From Candidatus Omnitrophota bacterium (lineage in GTDB: Bacteria > Omnitrophota > Gorgyraeia > Zapsychrales > Fredricksoniimonadaceae), in contig JADFYI010000001.1 in the NCBI GenBank assembly GCA_015233145.1, forward strand, positions 15,345-79,344: 64,000 nucleotides of DNA, in the 5' to 3' direction. Position 1 is the first letter of the stretch; each line of letters starts with the position of its first letter. The notes beneath the pieces are model-generated. The model ran no database searches. It saw nothing but the letters and a program-made list of their open reading frames with translations, and was not told the DNA's origin. Of the stretch, positions 25,082 through 35,035 are shown one piece after another. The position numbers and the translations under genes are program-made.

Positions 25082-26209
25082 ATGCAATATGTAGAAACAA
25101 AAACAATTCTTTTTTCAAAGCCTTCTGATGAGCTGACCTTGAAAAGCGGGGTCAAGCTTGGCAGTATCAGTGTGGTGTATGAGACTTACGGCGAGCTTAA
25201 CGCGCAGAAGTCCAATGCCATTATGATCCTTCATGCGTTTACGGGCGATGCTCATGCCGCTTTTTATCACAAAGGCGATGACAAGCCCGGCTGGTGGGAT
25301 GCCATGATCGGCCCTGGAAAGGCCTTTGACACCAACAAGTATTTTGTGATTTGTTCCAATGTTATTGGCAGCTGCAAAGGGACAACAGGCCCGAGTTCTC
25401 TTAATCCTCAAACAGGAAAGCCGTATGGATTGGGTTTTCCTGTCATTACCATCCAGGATATGGTAACGGTTCAAAAGAAGTTGCTTGAGCATTTGGGGAT
25501 AGCGAAGCTCTTGAGCGTTGCAGGCGGGTCCATGGGTGGCATGCAGGCTGTGGCCTGGGCGGTCATGTATCCTGAAATGCTTAATTCTGCGATTGTGATT
25601 GCCGCCTGTCATCGCCACACGGCCCAGCAGATTGCGTTTCATGAAGTGGGGCGCCAGGCTGTGATGGCAGATTCCGACTGGATGGCCGGGGATTATTATG
25701 GCAAGGCGGTGCCTAAGCGCGGGCTTGCGGTAGCGCGGATGCTTGGGCACATTACCTATATGAGCTGGATGTCCATGGAGCAGAAGTTTGGCCGAAAGCT
25801 TGTGGGTAAAGGAGAGCTCGGATATAACTTTTCCAAAGATTTTGAGGTGGAAGGTTATTTGGCACACCGCGGCCAGAGTTTTGTGGATCGTTTTGATGCC
25901 AACAGTTATTTATATCTCACCAAGGCCATGGATTATTTTGACCTTACAGAAGGGACCAGGAAACTGACCGAAGTTTTTAAGAACGTTAAATCTGACTTTC
26001 TGGTGATCAGCTTTACATCCGACTGGCTTTATCCGTCGCCTCAATCCAAGGAAATGGTGCGGGCCCTTAAAGCCAATGATGTTGAGGTCTCTTATGTGGA
26101 GCTTAAAAGTGATTACGGGCATGATGCCTTTTTGGTTGAGTTTGACGACCAAACGCGTGCGATTACGCATTACTTGGCCAAAGTTCAGCGGGAAAGGGCC
26201 AGCCAATGA
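25082..26209 (+). CDS. metX: homoserine O-acetyltransferase
   Basis: [10 protein letters not shown], nucleophile elbow GGSMGGMQA, and C-terminal GHDAFL. Confidence 0.95.
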   Translation: MQYVETKTILFSKPSDELTLKSGVKLGSISVVYETYGELNAQKSNAIMILHAFTGDAHAAFYHKGDDKPGWWDAMIGPGKAFDTNKYFVICSNVIGSCKGTTGPSSLNPQTGKPYGLGFPVITIQDMVTVQKKLLEHLGIAKLLSVAGGSMGGMQAVAWAVMYPEMLNSAIVIAACHRHTAQQIAFHEVGRQAVMADSDWMAGDYYGKAVPKRGLAVARMLGHITYMSWMSMEQKFGRKLVGKGELGYNFSKDFEVEGYLAHRGQSFVDRFDANSYLYLTKAMDYFDLTEGTRKLTEVFKNVKSDFLVISFTSDWLYPSPQSKEMVRALKANDVEVSYVELKSDYGHDAFLVEFDDQTRAITHYLAKVQRERASQ

Positions 26210-26799
26210 TCAGGCTTGATTACGCGATTATTGCCGATATTATTGAACCCAACGCCAAGGTGCTGGACTTGGGGTGCGGGAGCGGGGAACTTTTGGCTCT
26301 TCTTAAAGAGAAAAAGAATTGCCGCGGCACAGGCATTGAGATTGATGACAAAGAGGTTGTCAATTGCCTTGAGCGCGGTGTTTCAGTAGCCCAGGGTGAC
26401 ATTGATTCGGATCTGGATGTTTATGAAGACAACCGGTTTGATTATGTGGTCTTGAATGAAAGCTTGCAGCAGGTCATGAATATTGAAAAAATCCTTGATG
26501 AGGCGCTTCGGATCGGCAAACGGGTTATCGTCGGGATTCCTAATTTCTGCCATACGAGCGCGCGATTCCAGATATTTTTTGGCGGGCAGGTGCCGATAAC
26601 AGAAAGCCTGCCGTACAAGTGGTATAACACCCCCAACGTTCGTTTTTTGAGCCTGTATGATTTTGAGAAATTTTGCGCTGAAAAGAATATTGCCATTGAG
26701 AAAGCCAGGTATTTTACGAGAGGCAAGGAAGTTTCTTTATTCCCCAATCTTTTGGCTCACGCCGGTATTTTCGTTCTTCAGAAGAAATTGTCGAAATAA
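26206..26799 (+). CDS. metW: methionine biosynthesis protein MetW
   Basis: ATGA overlap with met[16 protein letters not shown]-binding motif. About 197 aa. Confidence 0.9.
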   Translation: MIRLDYAIIADIIEPNAKVLDLGCGSGELLALLKEKKNCRGTGIEIDDKEVVNCLERGVSVAQGDIDSDLDVYEDNRFDYVVLNESLQQVMNIEKILDEALRIGKRVIVGIPNFCHTSARFQIFFGGQVPITESLPYKWYNTPNVRFLSLYDFEKFCAEKNIAIEKARYFTRGKEVSLFPNLLAHAGIFVLQKKLSK

Positions 26800-26824
26800 C
26801 CCTTGATAGTTTAGAGCGGAAAGT

Positions 26825-28030
26825 ATGCAGGATAAGATTCATTATGATTTTTTGATTATTGGCAGCGGCATCATGGGCCTTGCCATGGCCCGTTTTTTAA
26901 ACGCCGAGAACCCCAAGGCCAGGATTCTGGTGATTGATAAAGAGAAAGAGCTGGGAGAGCATTCTTCGGGCCGCAACAGCGGCGTTCTTCATGCCGGATT
27001 TTATTATACAGCCAACAGCCTCAAGGCCCGTTTTACGGTTGAGGGGAGCAGGTTATTAAAGGAATACTGCCAAAAAAAGAATATCCCCTTTAATGCCTGC
27101 GGCAAGCTTGTTGTGGCTATGGATGACAAAGAGCTTGAGATGCTCCACGAGCTTGAGCGACGGGGTAAGAGAAACGGGTCTAATGTCACATTGATCAGCG
27201 CTGAGGAGGCTAAAGAGTATGAGCCGAGCGTTTTTACGCATAAAAAAGCCCTTTATTCGCCGGATACAGCCAGCTTAGACCCTGTCAATGTCCTTCGGAC
27301 CCTTAAAGACGACCTTGTGAAGGCGGGCGTCAAGTTTGTTTTCGAAGCCAAATATTTGACCCATAAAAACAATGTGGTTGTCACCTCCGCCGGAGATTTT
27401 GAAGCCAGAAAAATTATCAATTGCGCAGGGCTTTATGCGGATAAAGTCGCCCAGGATTTCGGGTTTGGCAAGAAATACACCATGATTCCTTTTAAGGGGC
27501 TGTATCTTAAATACAAGAAGAACAAAACCGATGTCCGGATGAATGTTTATCCAGTGCCGAATCTGAAAAATCCTTTTCTGGGCGTTCATTTTACAAAAAC
27601 CGTTGATGGCACCATTAAAATCGGGCCAACCGCGATCCCGGCGTTTTGGCGTGAAAATTACGCGTTTAACTATCGCTTTCAGCCCAAAGAACTTTTAGAG
27701 ATTGCCTTTGAAGAGTCGAGGCTCTTTTTTTCAAATGCCTTTGGATTCCGTGATTTGGCGTTTGAAGAGATCAGGAAATATCATCGGGATTATTTTATAG
27801 GGCTTTCCACGCGCATGGTGAGAAGCGTTGACCCCCAGGGTTTCGGCGAATTTACCCGTCCGGGGATGCGCGCCCAGCTTTTGGACAAGACCCGGCGTGA
27901 GCTTGTTCAGGATTTTGTGATTGAGGGGGATAAGAATTCCATCCATGTGCTTAACGCCATATCGCCGGCCTTTACCTGTGCGTTTCCGTTTGCTGAGTTC
28001 GTGGGCCGAGAATATGTTTGCGCTTCTTAA
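26825..28030 (+). CDS. lhgO: FAD-dependent L-2-hydroxyglutarate oxidase-like oxidoreductase
   Basis: YDFLIIGSGIMGLA dinucleotide fold and GRNSGVLHAGFYY. The length fits LhgO. Confidence 0.75.
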   Translation: MQDKIHYDFLIIGSGIMGLAMARFLNAENPKARILVIDKEKELGEHSSGRNSGVLHAGFYYTANSLKARFTVEGSRLLKEYCQKKNIPFNACGKLVVAMDDKELEMLHELERRGKRNGSNVTLISAEEAKEYEPSVFTHKKALYSPDTASLDPVNVLRTLKDDLVKAGVKFVFEAKYLTHKNNVVVTSAGDFEARKIINCAGLYADKVAQDFGFGKKYTMIPFKGLYLKYKKNKTDVRMNVYPVPNLKNPFLGVHFTKTVDGTIKIGPTAIPAFWRENYAFNYRFQPKELLEIAFEESRLFFSNAFGFRDLAFEEIRKYHRDYFIGLSTRMVRSVDPQGFGEFTRPGMRAQLLDKTRRELVQDFVIEGDKNSIHVLNAISPAFTCAFPFAEFVGREYVCAS

Positions 28031-28100
28031 TGGGCGGCATGAGTGAAAGTTCCAGGGGATGTCCTCGACAAAACAGTAATCAAGACAACCAGGAGACGAT

Positions 28101-28652
28101 ATGAAGAAATATACTATTTCCGTACAACCAACACCTAATCCTAATGCGCTTAAATTTGTTTTAAATGTTCCTTTGAAAGCGCGGGATACGGCTGTTTTTA
28201 AGACCAGAAAAGATGCTGACGCCGTGCCTCTTGCCAAAGCTATTCTCAAACTTGACGGCGTGACCGAGCTTTATTTTAGCGGAAATTTCTTAACAGTGAC
28301 CCAGAACGGCGCAGCAGATTGGGATAAGCTCGAAAAAGAGGTTAAAGACACGGTGTTGAAATTGATGGATGCCCATAACCCTGACTTTGAGCTTTCTTCA
28401 GTGAAAAACGATTCCCCCAAGCCAGGAGGGGAATTGGCCAAGATTAATGAAATCCTTGACCGCACTATTCGTCCAGCGCTCCAGCATGACGGCGGCGATC
28501 TGGAGATTTTATCTTTAGAAGGAAAAACTCTCACGATAAGTTATCAGGGCGCTTGCGGCTGCTGCCCTCATGCGGCCATGGGAACGCTTTACGCGATTCA
28601 AAACATTTTACGCGACCAGTATGATTCTGAAATTCTTATCGAAATGGCCTGA
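28101..28652 (+). CDS. nfu: Nfu-type Fe-S cluster carrier (Nfu N-domain + NifU C-terminal domain)
   Basis: IRPALQHDGGDLEIL...GACGCCPHAAMGT carries the CxxC motif of the NifU C-terminal domain. Confidence 0.85.
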   Translation: MKKYTISVQPTPNPNALKFVLNVPLKARDTAVFKTRKDADAVPLAKAILKLDGVTELYFSGNFLTVTQNGAADWDKLEKEVKDTVLKLMDAHNPDFELSSVKNDSPKPGGELAKINEILDRTIRPALQHDGGDLEILSLEGKTLTISYQGACGCCPHAAMGTLYAIQNILRDQYDSEILIEMA

Positions 28653-28667
28653 TAGGGGCTCTTGGTT

Positions 28668-30122
28668 ATGCCTAAAGAGATTAATAAATCTGTACCAGAA
28701 ACCAGCCTGACCGGCGATTATAAATTCGGTTTTCATGCGGACCTGGAGACTGACAGCGCGCCAAAAGGTTTAAACGAAGACATCATTCGCCTGATTTCCA
28801 GAAAGAAGAATGAGCCTGAGTTTATGGTGGACTGGCGGCTCAAGGCGTATCGCCATTGGCTGACCATGAAAGAGCCACATTGGGCGAACTTTACCTATGG
28901 CCCCATAGATTACCAGGATATCTGTTATTATTCGGCCCCTAAAAAGAAAGGCGACGGCCCCAAAAGCCTGGCTGAGGTGGATAAGGAAGTTGTCCGGACC
29001 TTTGAAAAATTGGGCATCCCTTTAGGCGAGCAAAAGCGTTTGGCAGGGGTTGCCGTGGATGCGGTTTTTGACAGTGTGTCTGTCGGCACGACCCATCAAC
29101 TGGAGCTTGAGAAGGTGGGCATTATTTTTTGTCCGATTTCCGAGGCCCTTCAAAAACATCCTGACCTGGTAAGAAAGTATTTAGGGAGCGTTGTTCCTCC
29201 TACAGACAATTATTTCGCGGCGCTTAATTCCGCGGTTTTTACGGATGGATCATTTTGTTATATCCCCAAGGGCGTGCGTTGCCCCATTGAACTTTCAACT
29301 TATTTTCGCATCAATGCCAAAGACACGGGCCAGTTTGAACGCACGCTGATTGTGGCTGAAGAAGGCTCTTATGTTAATTATCTGGAAGGCTGCACTGCAC
29401 CGGTAAGAGATGAGAACCAGCTGCATGCTGCTGTGGTTGAACTTGTGGCTTTGGATAATGCTGAAATCAAATATTCAACGGTCCAGAACTGGTATTCCGG
29501 CGATAAAGAAGGCAAGGGTGGGATTTATAATTTTGTGACCAAGCGCGGAAAATGTTTGGGCCATAACTCCAAAATTTCATGGACTCAGGTCGAGGCAGGG
29601 AGTGCTATTACCTGGAAATATCCCAGCTGTATTTTGCAGGGCGATCATTCGGTGGGCGAGTTTTATTCCGTGGCCTTGACCAATAATCGCATGCAGGCTG
29701 ATACAGGCACTAAAATGATCCATATCGGCAAAAATACCCGAAGCACCATTATTTCTAAAGGGATTTCTTCCGGGCATGCTAATAACAGTTATCGCGGGCT
29801 TGTGAAAGTTTTGCCGTCAGCGGAAAATGCCAGGAATTTTTCCCAGTGCGATTCCATGCTTGTGGGTAATAATTGCAGCGCCAATACGTTTCCTTATATT
29901 GAGATTGAAAATAACAGCGCCACTATGGAACATGAGGCCACGACATCCAAGATCAGCGAGGAGCAGGTGTTTTATCTTCAGTCGCGCGGCCTGAACAAGG
30001 AAGAAGCCATTTCTTTGGTCATTAACGGGTTCTGCAAGGAAGTATTTAAGGAATTGCCGCTGGAGTTTGCAGTAGAGGCAGTTAAGCTTTTGGAAATGAA
30101 ACTAGAAGGCAGCGTGGGTTAA
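28668..30122 (+). CDS. sufB: Fe-S cluster assembly protein SufB
   Basis: ATG at 28668. [19 protein letters not shown] and [12 protein letters not shown] are SufB signatures. Confidence 0.95.
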   Translation: MPKEINKSVPETSLTGDYKFGFHADLETDSAPKGLNEDIIRLISRKKNEPEFMVDWRLKAYRHWLTMKEPHWANFTYGPIDYQDICYYSAPKKKGDGPKSLAEVDKEVVRTFEKLGIPLGEQKRLAGVAVDAVFDSVSVGTTHQLELEKVGIIFCPISEALQKHPDLVRKYLGSVVPPTDNYFAALNSAVFTDGSFCYIPKGVRCPIELSTYFRINAKDTGQFERTLIVAEEGSYVNYLEGCTAPVRDENQLHAAVVELVALDNAEIKYSTVQNWYSGDKEGKGGIYNFVTKRGKCLGHNSKISWTQVEAGSAITWKYPSCILQGDHSVGEFYSVALTNNRMQADTGTKMIHIGKNTRSTIISKGISSGHANNSYRGLVKVLPSAENARNFSQCDSMLVGNNCSANTFPYIEIENNSATMEHEATTSKISEEQVFYLQSRGLNKEEAISLVINGFCKEVFKELPLEFAVEAVKLLEMKLEGSVG

Positions 30123-30140
30123 CTGATTTGCATGATAAGG

Positions 30141-30310
30141 ATGTGATGTTGGCGACTGGAATTTTTCGAGCGGTGTCGGTCGAGTGAGCGGGTATGGTTT
30201 TGTCGTCACTTGAGTGACGACAAAGAGCGAACGAGACCGTCAAGTGCCGGCCGCCACGCTGGGACGGCCAAACGTCCGCGAGAAAAATGTAAGAAGCCAA
30301 CAGATCACAT
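30141..30310 (+). repeat. 170-nt rod-like imperfect palindrome in the sufB-sufC spacer
   Basis: Outer stem ATGTGAT-GTTGGC (30141-30153) pairs with GCCAACAGATCACAT (30296-30310). A second tier pairs TTTTTC..GCGG with CCGC..GAAAAA. The central perfect hairpin is TTGTCGTCAC-TTGA-GTGACGACAA (30200-30223). Confidence 0.8.
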
Positions 30311-30348
30311 TTTAAAGAAAACTTCAGATAGTTTTTAATGGGAATAAT

Positions 30349-31101
30349 ATGCTAAATATTAAAAATTTATACGCGAGTGTTCAGGGCAATCAGATTTTAA
30401 AAGGCGTGTCTCTGGCCGTTAATGCCGGTGAAGTTCATGCGATTATGGGGCCCAATGGCTCCGGGAAAAGCACGCTTTCCAGGGTCGTGACAGGCCATCC
30501 CCAGTATACTGTGGATGGGGGCGTCTTGGAGTATGACATTGGCGGGCAAATGACGAATATTATCGGAAAAGAGCCTGATGAACGCGCGCGGGAAGGCATT
30601 TTCCTGGCTTTTCAATATCCCGTTGAAATTCCCGGGGTTCCGGCCTCTGAGTTTTTAAGGGCTTCTTATAATGCGGTGGGCCGGCACCATGGCCTTGAGG
30701 AAATGGACCCTATTGATTTTGACGTGTTTGTCCGTGAGAAGATGAAGGTCTTGGAAATGGATGACAAATATCTGGACCGTGCCTTGAATGTGGATTTTTC
30801 AGGGGGAGAAAAGAAGCGCAATGAAATTTTACAGATGGCTGTGTTAAACCCGCGCCTGGCACTTTTGGATGAGACAGATTCCGGGCTTGATATTGATTCC
30901 ATGAAAATCGTGGCCCATGGGGTAAATACGCTGCGCAGCAAGCGCAATGCCATGATTGTGATTACGCATTACCAAAGGCTGCTCAATTTTATCAAGCCTG
31001 ATTTTGTGCATATTCTGTATCAGGGAAAAATCATCAAGTCCGGCGGCCCTGATTTGGCCTTAAAGGTTGAAGATAAGGGTTACGATTGGCTTATCAAGTG
31101 A
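30349..31101 (+). CDS. sufC: Fe-S cluster assembly ATPase SufC
   Basis: Walker A GPNGSGKST, ABC signature FSGGEKKR, Walker B LALLDETDSGLD. Confidence 0.96.
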   Translation: MLNIKNLYASVQGNQILKGVSLAVNAGEVHAIMGPNGSGKSTLSRVVTGHPQYTVDGGVLEYDIGGQMTNIIGKEPDERAREGIFLAFQYPVEIPGVPASEFLRASYNAVGRHHGLEEMDPIDFDVFVREKMKVLEMDDKYLDRALNVDFSGGEKKRNEILQMAVLNPRLALLDETDSGLDIDSMKIVAHGVNTLRSKRNAMIVITHYQRLLNFIKPDFVHILYQGKIIKSGGPDLALKVEDKGYDWLIK

Positions 31102-31109
31102 TTAGGCGG

Positions 31110-31246
31110 GCAGGGTGACCTTTGGGACATGTCAGTCGCTCGGACAGTCCTCACTTCGCCGCCAAGTTTGGAATTATAGGTTTTGAATATTTGTGGAGCG
31201 GCTCGTTGCGGAACTCGCTTGGTGACATATCCCAAAGGTTCCCTGC
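31110..31246 (+). repeat. intergenic repeat, copy 2: 100-nt core (31129-31228) inside the stem GCAGGGTGACCTTTGGGA/TCCCAAAGGTTCCCTGC
   Basis: Same core as 23835-23934 and same orientation. The flanking inverted repeat has a different sequence. Confidence 0.9.
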
Positions 31247-31275
31247 TTTCTAAACATATGAGATGAGCTACAGTT

Positions 31276-32388
31276 ATGAATACAGCATTTGATTCAACAC
31301 AACTTTTTAAGAGCCTTTCCCAGGGCCGGGAAGAGAGTTTTAAGGCCCTGGCGGCTTTGCCCTGGCCTAATTTTAAAGACGAGGATTGGAAGTATACAAG
31401 TTTGAATGCCCTGGCGCAGGCATCCTGTGTGCCGTCATCAAAACCTTTTGTCTTTGAAAACTGTCAGAAGTTTCTTACAAACGCGCCGTTGATAAAAGAG
31501 AATGTGAATCCTGGCGGCCTTTTTAAAGCCTTGAATCGTATTTTCTCACCGTCATGCCAGATGATTGATATTCCCCCGGGCCTTGAGGTCAATCTTCCGC
31601 TTAAGATCGTGTACGCGCTTAATGCTTCCGATAACGGCAAGGCCTTTTTCCCTGGGCTTACGATAAGGCTTGGCAAAGGCGCACGGGCCAGGATTTTGCA
31701 AATTTTCTCATCCCGTAACGCCGCGGGAATTTTGATTGATGATGTGAACGATATTATGCTTGAGCCGGAGGCTGAACTTGAGCTGGTCCAGATTTTTCTT
31801 AATGATGCTCAAAGTTTTCAAATTTCGCATACGCATGTCCACCAGAAGAAAGACAGCCGTTTAAGGATGTTCCAATACACTGACGGGGCCAACGTGTTCC
31901 GCAATAATTTAAATGTTGTGTTAGATGCCGAGGGGTCAGAAACGGTTTTAAACGGCTTGCATGACTTAAAAGATATTCGCCAGGCAGACAGCCACACCTT
32001 TGTGGATCATGTGGCGCCCAATGCCAGGAGCAACCAGCTTTATAAGAGCATTTTGGATGGGGAGTCGCGTTCGGTCTTTAACGGAAAGATCCTTGTCCGC
32101 CGGGAAGCCCAGTTGACTAATTCCTACCAGCTTAATAAAAATCTTTTGTTGAGCCGGGATGCCAGGGTGGATACCAAGCCCCAGCTCCAAATTTATGCTG
32201 ATGACGTGAAGTGTTCCCATGGCGCCACGATCGGCCAGCTGGATGATGAACAGCTTTTTTACCTTCAGACCCGGGGAGTCGGTAAAGATGATGCCAGGAA
32301 AATGCTTATCCGGGGCTTTGTGGACGACGTGATTAATCAGGTGAAAGACTTGGGATTAAAAAAGTCTCTTCTTGAAGCCATTTCTTAG
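31276..32388 (+). CDS. sufD: Fe-S cluster assembly protein SufD
   Basis: The beta-helix C-terminal region TKPQLQIYADDVKCSHGATIGQLD is typical of SufD. Position after sufC fits. Confidence 0.9.
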   Translation: MNTAFDSTQLFKSLSQGREESFKALAALPWPNFKDEDWKYTSLNALAQASCVPSSKPFVFENCQKFLTNAPLIKENVNPGGLFKALNRIFSPSCQMIDIPPGLEVNLPLKIVYALNASDNGKAFFPGLTIRLGKGARARILQIFSSRNAAGILIDDVNDIMLEPEAELELVQIFLNDAQSFQISHTHVHQKKDSRLRMFQYTDGANVFRNNLNVVLDAEGSETVLNGLHDLKDIRQADSHTFVDHVAPNARSNQLYKSILDGESRSVFNGKILVRREAQLTNSYQLNKNLLLSRDARVDTKPQLQIYADDVKCSHGATIGQLDDEQLFYLQTRGVGKDDARKMLIRGFVDDVINQVKDLGLKKSLLEAIS

Positions 32389-32399
32389 GAGTTTGACTT

Positions 32400-33620
32400 A
32401 TGCTGGATATTCAGAAAATCAGAGAAGATTTTCCCAATTTACGCGCGCATGGCCGCGATGAAAAGCCGCTGGTGTATTTTGACAACGCCGCGACAACATT
32501 TAAGCCATGCCAGGTTATTTCTTTGACCCATTCCCATTACTGCCAGCGTACGGCTAATATTCACCGCGGCGTGCATTATTTAAGCGAAGTGGCCACAGCC
32601 GAGTATGAATCAACACGCGAGAAATTGCGCCGTTTTTTTAATGCTAAAAGCCTTTACGAGATCATTTTTACCAAAGGCGCCACAGAATCCATTAATCTTG
32701 TGGCCCACAGTTACGGCCGAAAATTTATTAAGGCCGGGGATGAGGTGATCATTTCCGAGATGGAACATCATTCCAATATCGTGCCCTGGCAGATGCTGCG
32801 TGAAGCAACAGGCTGTGTGCTTAAAGTCATCCCCATGAACGATCAAGGCGAGCTTTGCCTGGACGAATTTCAAAAGCTTTTAACGCCGCGCACAAAAATA
32901 CTTTCCATTGTGCATGTTTCCAATTCCCTGGGGACTGTGAATCCTGTCCGGGAAATGATCAAGCAGGCCCATGCCGTGGGTGCTGTGGTGCTTTTGGATG
33001 CGGCGCAGGGGGTTACCTATGAGCCCATTGATGTCCAGGCATGGGATGCGGATTTTCTTGTCATGTCAGGCCACAAGATCTTCGGGCCAACGGGTGTGGG
33101 TGTCCTTTACGGCAAGGAAAAGCTCCTTGAAGCCATGCCTCCGTATCAGGGTGGAGGAGATATGATTTTGAGCGTTACTTTTGATAAAACGATTTATAAC
33201 CGTTTACCGCACAAGTTTGAGGCCGGAACCCCTAATATTGCCGGGGTCATCGGCCTTGGCGCGGCCATTGATTATGTGAGTGCCTTGGGCTGGAAAGACG
33301 TTATGCAGTATAAAAAAGAACTTTTGGCGCACGGCACCAAGGTTTTAAGCGCTGTACCGGGGATAAAGTTTTTTGGCACTGCTAAAAATAAAACAACGAT
33401 TTTCTCTTTTACTATTGGCGACATTCATCCTCATGATTTAGGAACGCTTCTGGACAGGGAAGGGTTTGCCATTCGTACAGGCCATCATTGCACCCAGCCT
33501 GTGATGAAACACTTCGGGATTCCCGCAACGGCCCGGGCGTCACTGGCGTTTTATAACACCAAAGAAGAGCTGGATGCCTTTGCCAAGGCACTTATTAAAG
33601 TCATTGAGGTTTTTCAATGA
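32400..33620 (+). CDS. sufS: cysteine desulfurase SufS (class V aminotransferase group II)
   Basis: SGHKIFGPTG carries the PLP lysine and RTGHHCTQP carries the catalytic Cys loop. Confidence 0.94.
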   Translation: MLDIQKIREDFPNLRAHGRDEKPLVYFDNAATTFKPCQVISLTHSHYCQRTANIHRGVHYLSEVATAEYESTREKLRRFFNAKSLYEIIFTKGATESINLVAHSYGRKFIKAGDEVIISEMEHHSNIVPWQMLREATGCVLKVIPMNDQGELCLDEFQKLLTPRTKILSIVHVSNSLGTVNPVREMIKQAHAVGAVVLLDAAQGVTYEPIDVQAWDADFLVMSGHKIFGPTGVGVLYGKEKLLEAMPPYQGGGDMILSVTFDKTIYNRLPHKFEAGTPNIAGVIGLGAAIDYVSALGWKDVMQYKKELLAHGTKVLSAVPGIKFFGTAKNKTTIFSFTIGDIHPHDLGTLLDREGFAIRTGHHCTQPVMKHFGIPATARASLAFYNTKEELDAFAKALIKVIEVFQ

Positions 33621-34072
33621 GCGAGCATTCTGACGAGCTTTATCAGCAGGTCATTTTAGAGCATAACCGCAAGCCGCGTAATTATGGCAAGCTTGCTCTT
33701 TCTACCCATGAAGCCGAAGGTTATAATCCGTTGTGCGGGGATCATCTGTTTGTCCGCGCGAATGTGAATGCCGAAGGCGTTATTGTGGATGTGGCTTTTG
33801 AAGGCGACGGGTGCGCGATTTCCAAGGCCTCGGCTTCGCTCATGACCGCAGCGGTCAAGGGCAAAAAGGTTGAAGAAGCTAAAATACTTTTTGAAGAGTT
33901 CCGCCGCCTGGTTTTGAAAGAGATTGACCCTGATAAAGACCCCCATCACTTGGGCAAACTTACCGTGTTTTCCGGCATCTGGAAATATCCCTCCCGCGTC
34001 AAATGCGCCATCCTCTCCTGGCACACCCTCAAAGGCGCCTTGGATAAGGAAAAGACAGTTTCTACTGAATAA
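33617..34072 (+). CDS. sufU: SufU / IscU-like zinc-dependent sulfurtransferase-scaffold
   Basis: ATGA overlap with sufS. NPLCGD, GDGCAIS and KYPSRVKCA supply the three conserved Cys. Confidence 0.9.
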   Translation: MSEHSDELYQQVILEHNRKPRNYGKLALSTHEAEGYNPLCGDHLFVRANVNAEGVIVDVAFEGDGCAISKASASLMTAAVKGKKVEEAKILFEEFRRLVLKEIDPDKDPHHLGKLTVFSGIWKYPSRVKCAILSWHTLKGALDKEKTVSTE

Positions 34073-34074
34073 GG

Positions 34075-35034
34075 CTAAGAATATCCTTTAGGATTGGAGA
34101 CCGGCAGGTTTTTGAATTCCCCCAAGAGCCGCACTTCACGAATCAACTTGATTGAAAATTTCTTTTCCACCATAGCCATCATTTGAAGGGTGAGGGCCAG
34201 GACGTCTTCGGCCTTTGCGTTGTCATCGCGGGTGATGATATTGGCATGGTTTTTGTAAGAATGGGCGCCCCCAACGCGAAGGTCTTTGGCGCCGGCTTGA
34301 TCCAAAAACCATCCGGCAGATTGTCGGGGGCCGGCTTTGGACGTTGGCTCAACATTGCGGAAAAAAGAACCCGCAGACGGCGAGTCCTGCCAGCGGCCGT
34401 GTTTTTCTTCACGGGTGCGGATTGTTTCTTCGCGTTTCTGGAGCATGGTTTTTGTATCGCCGGAAGGAAGTTCAAACTCAGCGTTGAGAATAATATCGTT
34501 TGAATGTTTGATATCAGAATCGCGGTAAGAAAAAGAAATCGCGCTTTTAGGAACGCTGATAACAGTGTTATCAGGTTTTAAAAGCGTTAAAGACACAAGG
34601 CTGTCTGAGATTTGTTTTCCATAAGCCCCGGCGTTTCCGGCAATAGCACCTCCGACTGTTCCGGGGATGCCGCTAAAGGTTGTCATGCCGTCCAGCCCGG
34701 CGTTAATGGCAAAGCGGGCCAGGTCATCAAATTGTGTCGCGGCATCAACGGTTAAGCGGTTTCCTTTTTGTTCGATAAGAGGGGTGTTTGTGGTATATCG
34801 AACAATAATTTTATCAATGCCGTTATCCGAGGCCAGGATGTTGGAACCAAAGCCCATGACCAGAAAAGACGCGTGAATTTTGCGAAGAGCCTTGATTGCG
34901 GCCGTCATTTCTTGGGCGTTTTGGCATTCGATCATGGCCTTACAAGCCCCCCCAAGTTTAAAGGTGGTGTGGTCGCGTAAAAGCGCATGGGGTGTCACTT
35001 TGATGCCGAGTTCCTGGAGAATAGAAAGGTTCAT
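34075..35034 (-). CDS. murB: UDP-N-acetylenolpyruvoylglucosamine reductase
   Basis: Start at MNLSILQELG (35034). TTFKLGG, GFGSNIL, GTVGGAIAGNAGAYG and SAGSFFRN. The stop lies 2 nt from the convergent sufU stop. Confidence 0.92.
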   Translation of the reverse strand: MNLSILQELGIKVTPHALLRDHTTFKLGGACKAMIECQNAQEMTAAIKALRKIHASFLVMGFGSNILASDNGIDKIIVRYTTNTPLIEQKGNRLTVDAATQFDDLARFAINAGLDGMTTFSGIPGTVGGAIAGNAGAYGKQISDSLVSLTLLKPDNTVISVPKSAISFSYRDSDIKHSNDIILNAEFELPSGDTKTMLQKREETIRTREEKHGRWQDSPSAGSFFRNVEPTSKAGPRQSAGWFLDQAGAKDLRVGGAHSYKNHANIITRDDNAKAEDVLALTLQMMAMVEKKFSIKLIREVRLLGEFKNLPVSNPKGYS

Positions 35035-35035
35035 G

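Noticed and set aside
25115-25867. 250-aa ORF antisense to metX. Similar long antisense ORFs occur at 20827..21411, 42787..43569, 50433..51167 and 52879..53460.
   Set aside because: All lie opposite strongly supported genes (metX, the spermidine-synthase fusion, leuB-like/asd, argF, argH). All have Arg/Ser/Pro-rich shadow-frame composition and no start context.
30082-30300. 72-aa minus-strand ORF in the sufB-sufC spacer
   Set aside because: It overlaps the sufB 3' end, lies entirely within the palindromic element, and has no Shine-Dalgarno sequence or homology.
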